Assembly (NCBI RefSeq): GCF_009914755.1
Contig: NC_060933.1
Length of the DNA: 64,000 nucleotides
Direction: 5' to 3' (one strand)
Origin: the human T2T-CHM13v2.0 reference genome, Homo sapiens
The notes under the pieces: generated by a model
Told to the model about the DNA's origin: nothing
Databases searched by the model: none
What the model saw: the letters and a program-made list of their open reading frames with translations, nothing else
Shown: positions 15,317 to 29,392 of the stretch, piece by piece
Layout of the letters: each line of letters opens with the position of its first letter
Position numbering within the stretch: position 1 is the stretch's first letter
Position numbers and translations under genes: made by a program

Positions 15317-15427
15317 AGGGCAACCCGCTGGGGTCCCCCTTCCACACTGTGGAAGCTTTGTTCTTTCACTCTTTGCAATAAATCTTGCTGCTGCTCACAA
15401 AAAAAAAAAAAAAAAAAAAAAAACAAC
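15317..15427 (+). mobile_element. Polyadenylated, 5'-truncated LTR12 (ERV9) fragment inserted by L1-type TPRT
   Basis: ggcaacccgctggggtcccccttccacactgtggaagctttgttctttcactctttgcAATAAAtcttgctgctgctcac matches LTR12. It is followed by A25 and flanked by direct repeats gaaatccccagctg (15303-15316, 15428-15441). Confidence 0.85.
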
Positions 15428-15625
15428 GAAATCCCCAGCTGCATACTGCAAATATATTTAACATATCATATTTTTTCTCATTAAATGTCTATTAAATGTT
15501 TTAGAAATTTTACATTCAGACTTAGATAAATTAGTGACTATTAGAATGGCAGTGGCAAAGTGACCTTATAAAGAATTGTTTTCAATGTTCAAGCATACTA
15601 TTTATTTGTCTGTTAAATTACTGAG

Positions 15626-15970
15626 TGATATGGTTTAGCTGTGTCCCCACCCAAATCTCATCTTGAATTGTAACTCCCACAATTCCCACGTGACATGGGA
15701 GGAACCTGGTGGGAGGAGACTGAGTTATGGGGGCAGATCTTTCCTGTGTTGTTCTCGTGATAGTGAATGAGTCTCACAAGATCTGAGGGTTTTAAAAACA
15801 GGAGTTCCCTGCACAAGCTCTCTCTTTGCCTGCCACCATCCATATAAGACGTGACTTGCTCCTCCTTCCACCATGACTGTGAAGCCTACCCAGCCAATAA
15901 ACCTCTTCCTTTTGTAAATTGCCCAGTCTCAAGTAGGTCTTTATCAGCAGCATGAAAATGGACTAACACA
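15626..15970 (+). mobile_element. THE1 (ERVL-MaLR) solo LTR, THE1C-like
   Basis: tgatatggtttagctgtgtccccacccaaatctcatcttgaattgta...atggactaacaca; TG...CA ends; 5-bp TSD ctgag at 15621-15625 and 15971-15975. Confidence 0.93.
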
Positions 15971-17483
15971 CTGAGCAACGGAATACAACTGGATTTAGTC
16001 TCATGAGAGTAACTTGAATTAGACGAAAAACTATGACCTCTTATTTTTCCTCTTATATCAAAAGTTACAAAAGATTGCTCTAAAGAAAAATTTCAAAAAA
16101 AGTACATCAACTAGAAATTGAGTCTCTGAATTGACTCAGATGGAAAAAAAAATAAGAAAGACAAGATCTTAATGGAATTTTTTATGGAGGAAGTATTGGA
16201 ATAAAAGAAATGTTCAACTTGCCTGTTGACAGTCTAATCTGGTTCTATTCATTAATCATTAAAATCTTAAATGAAGAAAAGCAATATCCAAAAAAGAAAG
16301 TTTTTAATAGAGAGAGAAGCAGTCAGGAGTTTAAGACCAGGATTTACAGAAGAGACTAAGCAAGGAGAAATATTCTGAAACATAGGAAAGAAATATAACA
16401 GTTGTTGGATACCCCTTTGCTAGTGACTCAGTATTATTTTCCTTTTCATTTTGTTCTGTATATATAAAATAATACAAAGTAAAAATATAAATACTACATA
16501 ATATAGATGCTGACAAATTTAATTTTCATCACTATTCATCAGAAGAAGCAAATTATATAGCCCCCTACCAAATGCTTAACACTATTAAATTATGGTTAGT
16601 TTTAAAATATTCATGTCTATATTTGCAGAAGTATAAATTACAATTCTCTTATAATCAGGAAGTTGTAACTTTTTGTTTTGAAAAGAAATTACATAAGGAC
16701 ATAATTAATTTATTATTGTAATATGCTAAAAATACTTTTTCATTAAGTTACTAAAATTGCATGAACATATTATTACATAAACCTAGATTTTGTGTTAATA
16801 TTTTGCCTGATTTATTTTAAGAACAGAATACATATAATAATTTGGTCATATTATATCCTTTATTTTTGCCTACTCAGAATAAATCTCAATGGTTTAGGTT
16901 GGTATTTCAGATTGAAAGGGAAAGCAGAATGCCACATATTGTCCATAATTTTGTTATCTTTGATTCTCATATTTAATAAATCAATTTTGCTAAGGGCTAT
17001 GTCAAGAACAGATTTTAATGCAAATTTAACACTAACAGAATAAGGCATACCCAGGAAATAATTAATAGTAAATTTTAAGGATTTCTGCCCATTTTAAACA
17101 CAAGCATATTTTAATTAACCAATAAATAGTTATTGAGTATCAATTAGTGCAGGGCTTTGTAGGAGAAAATATTATAAATACAAGACATGTCAAAGCTATT
17201 TCAATGACTGGAGTGGCACTCAATATGTGCTTTAGACAACTCCCTCCATCACAGGGAAGTGTGTCTAAAGAACATTAGAAGATGGACAAGAACAACCATT
17301 GGGCATTTTATTTTGCAAATTTTTAAAAAGCAATTTTCTAAGAACAAAAGGACTGCATTGGGCTTAGCAAATTTATAAAGATAGTACTGTACTGCCCGCA
17401 TTTCTTCATTGTAGTTGAGTCTTCTTCCCACAATGGCTTATTGTGCACATTACGAAGTCTTCAGGGTCTTCAGAATTAAAGTG

Positions 17484-17488
<5 letters not shown>

Positions 17489-17532
<44 letters not shown>
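17489..17532. repeat. (GT)22 microsatellite
   Basis: Perfect dinucleotide run. Confidence 0.98.
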
Positions 17533-17534
<2 letters not shown>

Positions 17535-18029
17535 AAAATGCACATTTGAGAATGGAATATTCTTCCTTCCTCTAAACATAATATGCCTTTACAGACTCCT
17601 CCAATAAGTCTAGTCATCTTGACAAAAGAAAATCACCAAGACAATACAATGTTTTCACAAAGAAAAAGAATGACAGTTTCCCTTCTACTTTTCAAAAATG
17701 TTTCATAATATGATTTGAGATTGGCTTTATTCAGTAGGCTTAAAGAGGAATCAATTCTTACAAAGTGACACTCTCTATAATAAAGAACACCTACACTTCT
17801 GAATAACGCATCCATTCCCACACATTCACAAGGTTATTACCATTAAAATCTTCTCCAGAAGAATTTTCTGACAAGGAAAGTATGGCTTTGTTTAGAATAA
17901 GCTGACAATGTCAGTAAAACAAGCAATAAAATATAAAGGGTTGAGGGTTTTGTTTTTCGTTTCACTTCTGCAACTCTGGTAAAAGTCTCTATTATATCTT
18001 GCCTTCACTAATGAGACTGGTGTTCTGCC

Positions 18030-18570
18030 TATCAATGGTTCATTTATACAACTACTTATTGTACTCCTACTACGCACCAAGTGTGTGTTAAGTGCTGGTT
18101 ACAGTAATAGTCAAAATAGACAAGGTCCCTTCTCTCACAGTGTAGACAGATTTAGACAACTAATCCCATAAATAGCTATATGATTACATATTATGAGTAC
18201 AATGAAAGAACAGTACTGGGTGTTGACAGAGAAAACTAGGAAGACAGAATTTAGACTGAAATTTCTCAGTTTAAGCTGGGCTCTGAAGGATGGCAAAGAG
18301 TTTGCCAGATGAAGAGTTAGCAGAGCATTCCAGAGGTCATAACTTATAGGAAGGTCCCGGTTGTTGAATTCGCAACTTCAAGTAAAGCAGTGGGCTCAAG
18401 TGCAAGCAAGAGGAAGCAGAATGTCACCTGCCAAGGCTATGGCCTGTTGGTGATATGAAAAGATTCCCATTTTTTCCTGAGAGCAGTGGGAATTGACTAA
18501 AGGATCTGAAGTAGGGGAATAAAATGCTGTTATTTACATTTTATAAAGATGATTTTTACCTACTGCCTGA
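18030..18570 (-). mobile_element. L2 fragment
   Basis: ttcatttatacaactacttattgtactcctactacgcaccaag...gacaaggtcccttctctcacag...ttaagctgggctctgaaggatg, an antisense L2 3' region. Confidence 0.65.
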
Positions 18571-19149
18571 AAAATAGATTTGGTGGGGTCTCTCATGAGG
18601 GGAGTCTCAGAGACAAAATTCCGTCTGAGGGGGGGGTCTCACAGTCAAAACTCTCCAGTTGAGTTTCATATCCTTGCATAAAATGACCCTTGCCATCTCT
18701 ATTATTTCCCTCCATGTGCACTGTGTCCAGCCACATGGCACACACAGCCATTCTCAAATTTGCCTCCCCACCTAACACAGGGTTATGCTTTTGTCTCAGT
18801 TCCCACCACCACCCTCTTCAGCCCCTCACTTCTTTACTAGTTAAAATCTCAAGGAGATTTAGATGAGATTTAGGAATCGAGCTTTGAGTCAGTTGTGCTA
18901 AAGGAGGTACACTTGACTCAAAGGCCAATGTCTCCATGAAGATTTTTCACTATTCTTTAAACTCCATGGCACTCGGTATAAAAAATTTGAGCAGCAAAGA
19001 AGGAGCACTGAATAAAGAACTGACTTTGGCCTTAACTGTTAAGGCCCAGAGTTATGTGTCTCCTAAGAGTACTCAACATAGAGTACCCCAACCCTCACCA
19101 ATACACACCCAAGTCCTGGGCTGAAAACCATTATTCCTTTCTTTTAGAC

Positions 19150-19366
19150 TTTTTTTTTTTTTTTTTGAGACAGGGTCTCACTCTGTTACCCAGGCTAGAG
19201 TACAGTGGTGTGATCACAGCTTACTCCATCCTCTGCTTCCCAGGCTCAACTGATCCTCCCACCTCAGCCTCCTGAGTAGCTGAGACTACAGGCGCACACC
19301 ACTATGCTTGGCTTACGTTTTATTTTTTTTTTGTAGAGATGGGGTCTTGCCACATTGCCCAGGCTA
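19150..19366 (-). mobile_element. Alu (AluJ-like), 5'-truncated
   Basis: poly-T then gagacagggtctcactctgttacccaggctagagtacagtgg...; ends in the left arm at ttgcccaggcta. Confidence 0.92.
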
Positions 19367-20181
19367 GATTTTTTTTAATGCAGAATTCTATTTAAAAGAC
19401 AATTTAAAAATACATGTTTATGCTGCTGACATTAAGATCTTATTTGCAGACATGCTTACATACCAACAAAAACTTCAGTTAGCTAATTTTTCTATTTCCA
19501 TGCTTAATAATCTCCCTCTGATTGTGGGGGAAAGCATGGATATATCTAATGAAATATAGTAAATCCAACAGACTTTAAGAAGAGCTAAGTCTCAATCCTT
19601 CCGGGTCTCAATACCCATTTCTTAAAGTTATATTTCTCCTCAAAGCTGCCCTAGAACTGGGTCACAGTTTTATCTAGAAAGCATAGCTAGATTGACTCCA
19701 ACACAAAGTATCTTACATTACACTTTTCTTTATTGTATATGGTCTACCTACTTCCAAAAGGAATTGCAGGTTCCTTTAAATGACAACTTTCAGTTCCTGG
19801 CACTTGCAAACTGCTTAAAGTTTGGCTCCCTGCAACGCTCCATAGAGAGGAGCAGGCGGATCTAATTGAATCACAGTTTGTGGTTCTGCTGTACTCCAAC
19901 CAACAAATGTAGACAGACCATAATCAGTCACATACATAATTGTGGGTTCTAAAATATCATTTTGTCTAAAAAAAACTCCAACGAAACATGTAAAAATAAG
20001 ATTTTGGATAAATTAACTTTGACGACATTTGACTAACATTATCTCAAAAATAATTCTACAGGAATCATTTTATGAAAAAAATATACAATCCATATTGGTT
20101 TAATTATGAAATTTTGACTCAACGAAACTTAAGAAACGAGCCAACATTTTACTCATGGTCTCTAGAGGCATCTCCTTATTA

Positions 20182-20325
<144 letters not shown>

Positions 20326-20719
20326 TTATATTAATGGGATTTCTGGGAAGATGTGTACATTTTAAAGTAAATGATCTGAGAAGATCCTTACTGTGAAAAT
20401 TTTCATAAGCACAAGTAATAATGGTGAGTATAATGGTGAGTATTGAAGATATCAATAGTAATAGCAAATATTTCTAGTTGCATATACCATTTATTAGACC
20501 ATCTTATACCTAACCTGTCTAACAAATATGGTGTTCATTATATTTATCTTTCAAATGTATTTCCAAAAAAAATTCCACTAATAAAAAGTGAACTCTTAAT
20601 GTTGTTTGCCTTCTAACATTAAAATTGTGTTATTGTGTACCTGACTCATTATTATTATCAATACTAACAATGTTCCTTTTAATAGCACTTGTCATTGACA
20701 ATGCAATCCAAAGATAAGG

Positions 20720-20960
20720 TAATAAAGTAAAACAAGAGCTTTGGAGTCAAGACAGTCCTAGTATAAAATCTTGAGTAGGCCACTTATGAATTGTTAATAG
20801 TAAGCTCCTTAACTTATCTAAACTCAGTTTAATCATCTGTAAATTGGAAACAATAAAACCTAGTTCAAAGGCAGACGGTTGGAAGAGTAAAATGAGTTGT
20901 TAAATGTAAAGCTTTTAGTTAAGTGGCTGGCATTTAGAAGATACTTATCAAATAGTAATT
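20720..20960 (+). mobile_element. MIR
   Basis: gagctttggagtcaagacag...cttaacttatctaaactcagtttaatcatctgtaaattgg (MIR core). Confidence 0.75.
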
Positions 20961-21134
20961 CTTAGTAATAACCCTATCATTAATAATAAAAAATTATAGT
21001 ATTTTACTGATTATAAACTATTTCATATATTATTCTTTACTTTTTCTTAAAACTTAGATTATTGATTCTTTATTCTTAAAATCGACTGTGAAAAAAAGAA
21101 GGCCACTGCCAAATTCAAACTTTTAAAATGATAC

Positions 21135-21440
21135 TTTTTTTTTTTTTTTTTTTTTTGAGACTGGGTCTCACTCTTTCACCTACGATGTAGTACACTGTGG
21201 CTCAATCTTGGCTCACAGCAAACTCCACCTCCCAGGCTCAAACAATCCTCCCACCTCAGCCTCCCAAGTAGCTTGAACTATAGGTGCCTGTCACCACACC
21301 CAGCTGATTTTAGTATTTTTTGTAGAGATGGGGTTTTGCTATTTTGCCCTGGCTGGTGTTGAATTCCTGGACTCAAGCGATCCTCCCACTTCAGCCTCCC
21401 AAAGTGCTGGGATTACAGGCAGGAGCCACTGTGCTCAGCC
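21135..21440 (-). mobile_element. Alu (AluJ-like) with TSD aaaatgatac
   Basis: poly-T, full Alu body, aaaatgatac on both sides. Confidence 0.93.
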
Positions 21441-21610
21441 AAAATGATACATTTTAATATGGAAATATGACTCATCTCAATGAATAAGAAAGGTGACTAT
21501 CCAGAACAAAGATTAAGAAGCTATTTTATACCCATAGTGGTTGATATACTTCTTTCATATGCCCCCACCAATAAAGCAGACAATTATGAAATTATGACTA
21601 TAAAAGTGAA

Positions 21611-21910
21611 TTCTTTTCTTTTTTTGTTTGTTTGTTTTTGAGACAGGGTCTCACTCTGTTGTCCAGGCTGGAGTGCAGTTGCATGACCACAGCTCACTGC
21701 AGCCTCAAGCTCCTGGGCTCAAGTGATCCTCCTACCACAGCCGCCCAAATAGTTAGGATCACACACACATGCCACCAAGCCTTGCTAATTAAAAAAATTT
21801 TTTGTAGAGAGGGAGTTGTCCAGGCTGGTCTTGAACTCCTAGGTTCAAGTGATCCTCCTGCCTGGGCCTCCCAAAGTACTGGGAATCCAGCTGTGAGTCA
21901 CTGTGCCCAG
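21611..21910 (-). mobile_element. Alu (AluJ-like)
   Basis: ttttgagacagggtctcactctgttgtccaggctggagtgcag...gtgagtcactgtgcccag. Confidence 0.92.
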
Positions 21911-23643
21911 TGAATATTTTTTCTTTAATTAAAAAAAAAATCTTATTCACACCTATGCTGGTAAAACCTTTTTAAAAATCTTCAAAATTCACTTTTCGCA
22001 GCAATAATAACCATAATGTTATAGGATTTCAGCATTGAAATTGACCTCAAAAATCATATACATAAACCAATCCCCTTGTTTTTACAAATGGGGAGACACA
22101 TTTGGAGAGATTCAGTGGACTGTCCAGGGCAAGTTAATGGAAGCAGTCAGACATAAGGTAAGGACGTCTGACTTCCGCAAGTGTGCTCTTTCCACTGCAC
22201 TGTGTTTCCAAGCCCTTGAATCATGTATATGCCTGAGTACATTTGTAGATACTCATGATTAATATTTGACTCACAATTCTCAGAGTATTAACGATGTAGA
22301 AGATGGCAATTTCTATCCATGCTAAGCTTAGTTTCTTCCCAAAGAATCCAAAGTTAGACCTTACATTTTAACTCTCTTTTAAACATATTCTCTCATCTAT
22401 GAGTCAGCAGAAAATCTGCCTGAAAAACTTAAAATTGGGGACAAATTACATGCATAAGGAAGTACTAGAGAAATGTTTTTTAAACCTTGCTTACTCTGAA
22501 AGACAGTATCTTATATAAAGTAGTCAGGAAGAAAGATCTGTGTTGACAACAGTGATTTAGCAGACAGAATTTAAAAATTACTGCTCACATTTTAAATTTA
22601 GAAAAATCAAAGCATTTCTAAGACTTTGATATGTCAGAGACTATTTTAATAATAAACCAAATTATCTTGCTACACAATTTAACTATATGAAAATGGTTTA
22701 ACCGGAACTGATATAAAATTGATCTTAGTTTATAAACATACACATGCCCAGTCCATAATTAATTCAAATTCAACGAACTTTCACTACTGAGAATACTTTA
22801 GAAAAATAAATATACAGGTATCCTTTTATTTTTAAAAAGTTGACATTGTAAAATGAGTGTTTTGCTCTAGAATTCATGTATGCTCTTATATTTGATTACA
22901 CATATATTTAATGCTCTAGGAATGAGATGGGTCTTGAAGATCTAGCTCAAATAAAAAAAAATTAACACATCTGTAATCTTTATTCACCCTGACTGGCAAT
23001 TACAATGAGAAGATCAGGAAAAAAAAAATGAGAATGTTAACAGAGAAGTAAAAAGCAAAGAGAACTCTCTCTAGCTGACCCCCAACATAGAATGGTTAAA
23101 CCAAATCTCAGGGAAGGTAGTATTTTCATTGGTAACAGAGCGTTAATTAAATTAGTCAAAAAACATCAACTAATTGAAGAACTTGGCAAACTGTGGTCTT
23201 TAATTTTAAGGCTAGGTAAATGACACATTTTATTTTTTATGTTTCATTATCCTAAGCTTAGATGTAATATTTGGGTAAAAGTTACCAGGAATCAGTTATA
23301 AACCAGAGATCATTGCCACAGCAACATCATTTTTAAAGCCATCAAAAGATTTTGTTAACTTGTAGCATTTTAATATTTCCTACAACAGGACAAAAGTCAT
23401 ATTAATATATTTTCCTAGTTACCTGTCCCCCTGAAAAAGATTTTTAAAACTGCTGTGTACAACAATTACATTTAATTTGTAACAGCCAAATAAATTTAAC
23501 CAGGAAAGATTAAAAATCTGTGTACTACCAGCAAAAATTATTTCCCATCTCTCTTTACCTACCTACCTATCTATCTGCCTATCATCCACCTACGAACCTA
23601 TGTGTGTATCACTTGAGAATATGAGCAGCCCTTCTTTCAGTAC

Positions 23644-23764
23644 CTGCTTGGTGGAGAAGACAGAGACCTCTGAAGATTGACCCCCGAGTTCATGTCATGA
23701 TAGTATGGTTGGCTTGGGATTTCTCCAATTGGGAAGTTGACTCCAGTTCCCTGGGTTATGGGCG
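23644..23764 (-). CDS. NFIB: NFIB internal coding exon (121 nt, phase 1-2; exon 5)
   Basis: cttattcctcag|CGCCCATAACC...CCACCAAGCAG|gtactg. Encodes [40 protein letters not shown](S). Confidence 0.98.
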
Positions 23765-24319
23765 CTGAGGAATAAGACAAAGAAGCACTGGGAATGACAT
23801 TCGTATTTCTGACCTCTATTCAAATGTAATAATCGAGAATCTTTCATGCCTCTGGTCAAAGATAGAGAGAACTTTCTTCACCTTAAGCCTCTAATACCCA
23901 CCATACAACCTGGGTAGGACCTGAAAACTTGCTCACCTTAGCAACGTTCAAGCTTGGAAATTTGAGGCAATCAGATTATAATCACTGGTTACCAATTTCC
24001 CGAATCCTATTCCTCAACCTTCTTTACTCACTCCTTTATATTAGTTGACATTACATCTGTCACTCTGCTAGTTAAAAATGCCTTGGAGGAAACAGAATAT
24101 ACGAGTCCTATCACTCAGCAACACCAAACAAGCTGCTTTGCACTACCTAGGCTCTCGAAAACCAAATCATTGTTAAATAAATAAACAGAGAACCGTTTCA
24201 CAAAAAAAAGCAAAAATCATTATTCACAGCCTCCCAGTTAGGATATGATAATAATTATTAATATCATGACTTCTAATCCACTCAAATATTAATGTTGATA
24301 TTAATGTTGATAATATAGA

Positions 24320-24430
24320 ATAATAATTTTTGGTTTGTAACACAAAGGATAAATGCTTCAGGTGATGGATACCCCATTTACCCTGATGTGATTATTATGC
24401 ATTGTATGTCTTTATCAAAATATCTCATGA
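24320..24430 (+). mobile_element. L1MA-like 3'-end fragment
   Basis: gtaacacaaaggataaatgcttcaggtgatggataccccatttaccctgatgtgattattatgcattgtatg. Confidence 0.8.
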
Positions 24431-24489
24431 TATTTTGTATAATTACATCTGTTCACATTTTTTAAATTTAATTTTAGATATCATGAACA

Positions 24490-24720
24490 AAGCTGTGAGG
24501 CAGCATATTGTGTTAGAATCAGCAGAGTCTTGAGAGATAAATAGCCTTTTAGTTTAAACTCCCTCTGTATTATAAGTTATGTGCCCTAGTTTCCTAACTG
24601 TAAAATGGGAGTAATAATAACCGGACACATAGGATTATTTTGAGGATGAAATGAAATAGGTAGTGATAAGAGCCTAGAATCATGCCTAGTGTATAACACG
24701 TGCTCAACCATTGTGAGTTC
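24490..24720 (+). mobile_element. MIR
   Basis: agtttcctaactgtaaaatgggagtaataataac...aggattattttgaggatgaaatgaaata. Confidence 0.75.
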
Positions 24721-26286
24721 CCTTCCTTCTTTGCTTTCTCCTCCAAACTTCTTCCCTGGTAGACTGGAATGGTTAGCAAAGATGAACAGTTCAAAAACGT
24801 GTTAAAAGCAGAGGAAGAGGTATAAATGAACCTGTTCGCTGAAAATTTGTTCATTCAACAAATTACTGACTGTGTCCACTGCTGGCAGGTGTTGGCTGCA
24901 ATGTGTACAAAATAGTCTCATATATTGCCCTTAATAAAAATATTGGGCAACAAGCTGGGTAAGTAAAACATTCATGCGAAACACATAAATACCAAAATAG
25001 ATGAAAATGAAACTGTCCAAATTAATGACATGATCCAAAACTGCTGTAGAATTTCAAGGGAAAAAGAATCCAATACCAGCTTGAATTGTCCAAGAAGTCT
25101 GCGAAAAGCCATAGCTGGCACTGGACTCTGGAGAATGAGTAAGAGATTAGAGGGAGGTCATTCTAAACAGGGACTGCTGCAGAAGCAAAATCATAGGTAG
25201 AGATAATGTGCAAAGTGGAGACCAGGCAGGTTGGTGTCAAAGAACTCCTTAAGAATAGTTTCCATTTCTTTACCTGTCTTAATCAGCCCTTCAAAAGCTC
25301 ACACGAAATTGTACTCTGGGGCTTTGCAACAAAATTCTAGAGCCCCTGAGATTCACTCTAAGCATACGTGGTCTACTTAAACTCCTCCTCTCTCCCATCT
25401 GCCTCAAGTTGAGTATAAAATTCCAAAGGGATTGCAGATTTTTATGGAAGTTTTCTTACGCCTCATTTTTAATGAATATTCTAAATGTGTTCACTACCCT
25501 TTGAATTGTATTTTAATATTAGGCAGGCTAAGATTAACTTAAAATATTTTTAAGAAAGTATGATTAGGAGGTACAAGCTTTATCACAGAGAAGTAACCAC
25601 GGAATACACAATGAACATCTCCCTTTCTGGACTAAAAATTAAATACATCAGTATATACATGACTAGTAACAGCTCCAAACTTCTGGATTATCTATCAGCC
25701 TTCTGATAGATTGTTCATGTTATATAATACACTGTAACATCCTTTACACAGAAAATACTTGTATCCAATGAGTAACTAAGTGCCTGATGGCTTGAATTAT
25801 TTGGACAGCTAAAATGTAGCTATGTCTGTTGTGGCTTGAGGCACACCAAAGGTTAAAAAAATGTGAGGTAAGAAATCCCACAGTAACCGCATGTTTTATA
25901 ATTTATTATTAGAACCATGTTCTATATGACACTGGCAGTGGGGTACATGCTAGAAGGAGTATTTCAGGGGCTCAAGTGAAGTAAACAATCTGTCTGGCTT
26001 CCTATCACAGTAATGGATACAATTCATAGACCTGAGTTATTAACAGGAAACTTAGAGGTTCCACCTTACATAAACTATTTTCAATTTATTAAGCTCATGC
26101 AATATTTAGGCAAAGATTTATAGTTTCTATTGAATACATATGGCTCCATAGTTAACATAATTTGCTTACCCATAAATAAACTAGATGTAATTTGTAGTAA
26201 ATGATAATTTTAAAATCTTCAGAAATTGTTTTTTTCTAAATTTTGTTCCAGAAAGATTATTCCGCAGTGTCAAGACAGCAATAAAA

Positions 26287-26675
26287 ACGACAAATATAGC
26301 ATGTTCTCACTCATACATGGGAGCTTAAAAAGTTGATCTCATCGAAGGGGTTGTCAGAGGTGGGGGAGGGTGGGGAGGTGAGGAGATGAAGAGAGATTGG
26401 TTAATGGGTAAAAACATACAGTTATAATAGACAGAAAGAATAATTTCCAGTATTTGATAGCACAGCAGGGTGGCTACAGTTAACAACAATATATTACATA
26501 TTTTAAAATAGCAAAAAAAGAAGATTTGAAACATTCCCAACATGAAGAAATGATAAATGTTTGAGATGACAGATATCCTAAATAGCCTGATTTAATCATT
26601 ATACACTGTATGCATGGATCCAGAGATCACATGGATTCCATAAATATGTACACATATTATGTTTTAATTTTGTAA
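26287..26675 (+). mobile_element. L1MA-like 3'-end fragment
   Basis: acaaatatagcatgttctcactcata...gaagaaatgataaatgtttgagatga...cataaatatgtaca. Confidence 0.85.
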
Positions 26676-29323
26676 AGATAGCAATAAAATAATTTGTCTA
26701 CGGATTTATGCATGAGCACTGTAAAAATTTAGTATGCATTCTGACACTAAATGGGAGATACAGAAAGGAAAGTAGATTAACAAACACGGCCAAAGTACTA
26801 AAACAACACACATGGAAATTATTTAATGACAGAGTGTGTGGGAACAGCAAGTCTCAGTCAGATATTCCTGCTTAAGAGCCTCTGGAAGAACTTACATCAG
26901 ACGCAAAGATCAGTGTTAGCGCCTCTCCCAGGGAGCTACAAGAAGGCTGAAAGCTGCAAATCATGTTTAAGAGGATGCCGATATCCTCTTAGAAATGAAG
27001 CACCAAAGAACCTCAGATTCTAAGGGTTAGAGGCCAACCTTTAATCTCCCTTATTGTTCTCCTCACTCCAAAAGCTGATCCTAAATCAACTTTTAAGATG
27101 GAGATAATATCATTCAAAAGAGAGATCACTATCCTAATGCTGAATGGCTTCATTAGCTAAAGTCAACATACACATCAGTGGGTCTTATGATTGTAAAACC
27201 CTAGAGGACTGAAAGCACTAGCATACTGTAAACCCTCAAGAAGTCAGAATTTGTGATACACACATAGTGTTGTGCTGAAGTTTATGTTTACTTAGCAAAC
27301 CCCTATTTCATAAATAATGAAGTTTAATTGTGTAAACAAAGATTATGATGCGGATATATTAAAACACTTAGGAGGAGAACTTATCAGGCCTTTCAGAGAC
27401 ACCTATTTACATATGGAGGAGAAAATAAATGTTTGCTGAATAAATTACGTAATGAATATAGATAATTAATGTGCTAATTACAAATCAGTAATGTTTGTTA
27501 TAACAAATAACCTAAAAGTTTCTAGGATATGACATTATAAGTTAAGAATGAATGAATGAAGTATATTAAATTTACCTTGGTTTTGAACTGTTCTAGAAAG
27601 ATAATTTTCATCTTTGTTTTAATGTTTGAAATTCAGATTTTTCAAAATATCTATCTGGGCTTTTGAAGGTTCTAATGTGGTTCTCCTTTGACAGCCCTTA
27701 GCATAATATTACCTATCATGAGGTACTAAATAAATATTTTCTGACAGCTGACTCTACTGCCCTACTCCTAAGAAGGATGAAAATATACCATTGAACTTGA
27801 ACTCAGAGAAGTACAAATTTAAGCAAATAATTTAATAAGCCTCCTAACTGGAGCACCATAAGCCTTTCCGCTAAAGAAGAGTATGGGGAAGACACACACA
27901 CCCCTTCAGATAACCCCTGTCTTACCTGATGCTACAAAGTGCTACTGGTAAGTCAGGCATATTTCTTCCCAAATTAAAAGTGAAAACTTTCAAATGTTGG
28001 ATACCTTTGGATATCACATATTGATCTGGAAAAACACATTAAGGTACACTGCCTTGGACAATCTCCTTGCCCATCGAATACACACCCTGGGGCTACCAGA
28101 ATACAGGATATTTGTGTTTCTTCTCCTACACTGCCACCATGTAAAAAGACCCATGAGAGAAGTCTTTTGGGCATACATTTATCCACTCTAGAATTATACC
28201 AGAAAGGATAAACTACTTAAGATCTTAAACGTTCATATGTATCACTCCCTGCTATACATGCTATTTGCACTGTTCACTTTAGAAATGTGAGCTATTTGAG
28301 GAACTACGGTTCAAAAGACAGTCAGTGATAGCGTGAAGATTCCTTTACTGAACAACAAGACTCTAAAACACTGCTTATTCTTATCCTCAGTAACTCGATT
28401 ACTCTTTGTTCTTTCTGGATCATCATAATTCTTATTCATGACCTCTAAATATGACCCAAATGAGAAACACAACTTAGGCAGGTATCAGAGTGTGACTACA
28501 TCATCTGAATAACATCACTCCGAAGTGTGATGCATTCTATCAAAATGTCAGGTGAAAATATACCCTTCAAAGTTACATAAATAAGCTAAATCAGTGAAGG
28601 GAGTATGAAGAAAGGAGTCACCTTCTTTAACATAATTAGTACATATAGATCTGCATCTTGGATATGTTTGTACATGCTAGTAATAAGTAAAAGAGTTAAT
28701 CAAGGTAACGTCCCCTTTGCTTAGGTAGCCTGCCAGGTGAGCTTAGCCTAGAAAAATCTGATCCAGCCTGCTAAGAATGGTGTCTCAGGTGAAGTGGCCA
28801 GTTAAAACAATTGGACATTGTTTTGGATAACAATGCTTTCTATCTATATCCAACTACAATCTGCAAAGTTAATTTCTGCATCCCTCTACACTCTGCACGT
28901 TAGTGTGTATATCCTGTACATCTCCAACCCCCACCAAAATGTTAGTAAAATGAAAAAGCACTTATCTACAGGAAACTTATGTGGGTTATCATAACAACAT
29001 AGAGTACATTTAATTAATCACACTTCCTTTGATATAAATGGCCATCTATGGTCATGCAGAGAACAGTGAATTAAATGAATACCAATAACATGGCAATCAG
29101 AAAAACCCCAAAATTATTTTTGTACAACAAAAAGTTTTGATGATTTGAATGCAAACATTTTAGAAAATCAAGCAAAATATATTGTTATTTCATCAAAGGT
29201 TTTAAGATTTTAATTCAAATTTTCCTAATATGTGGTCACTCTTTATACTACATTTAAGGTTCAAAATACAAAGTATTTTAAATCATACTGCATGCTTAAG
29301 TAGTAACAAAACAATTTACTTAC

Positions 29324-29392
29324 TTCTGGATACTCTTACAAGTTCTGATACATTGAAGACTCCAGATTTTACAAAACTATCCTCAAGGTAAC
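29324..29392 (-). CDS. NFIB: NFIB internal coding exon (69 nt, phase 1-1; exon 4)
   Basis: tttattttcag|GTTACCTTGAG...GTATCCAGAA|gtaagt. Encodes GYLEDSFVKSGVFNVSELVRVSR(T), the conserved NFI DSFV.SGVF.V.ELVRVS motif. Confidence 0.98.

Noticed and set aside
20418-20443. Tandem taatggtgagtat duplication containing donor-like GGTGAGT
   Set aside because: Donor-like only on the strand opposite NFIB; a simple slippage duplication like those at about 7458, 13343, 24288 and 61348.
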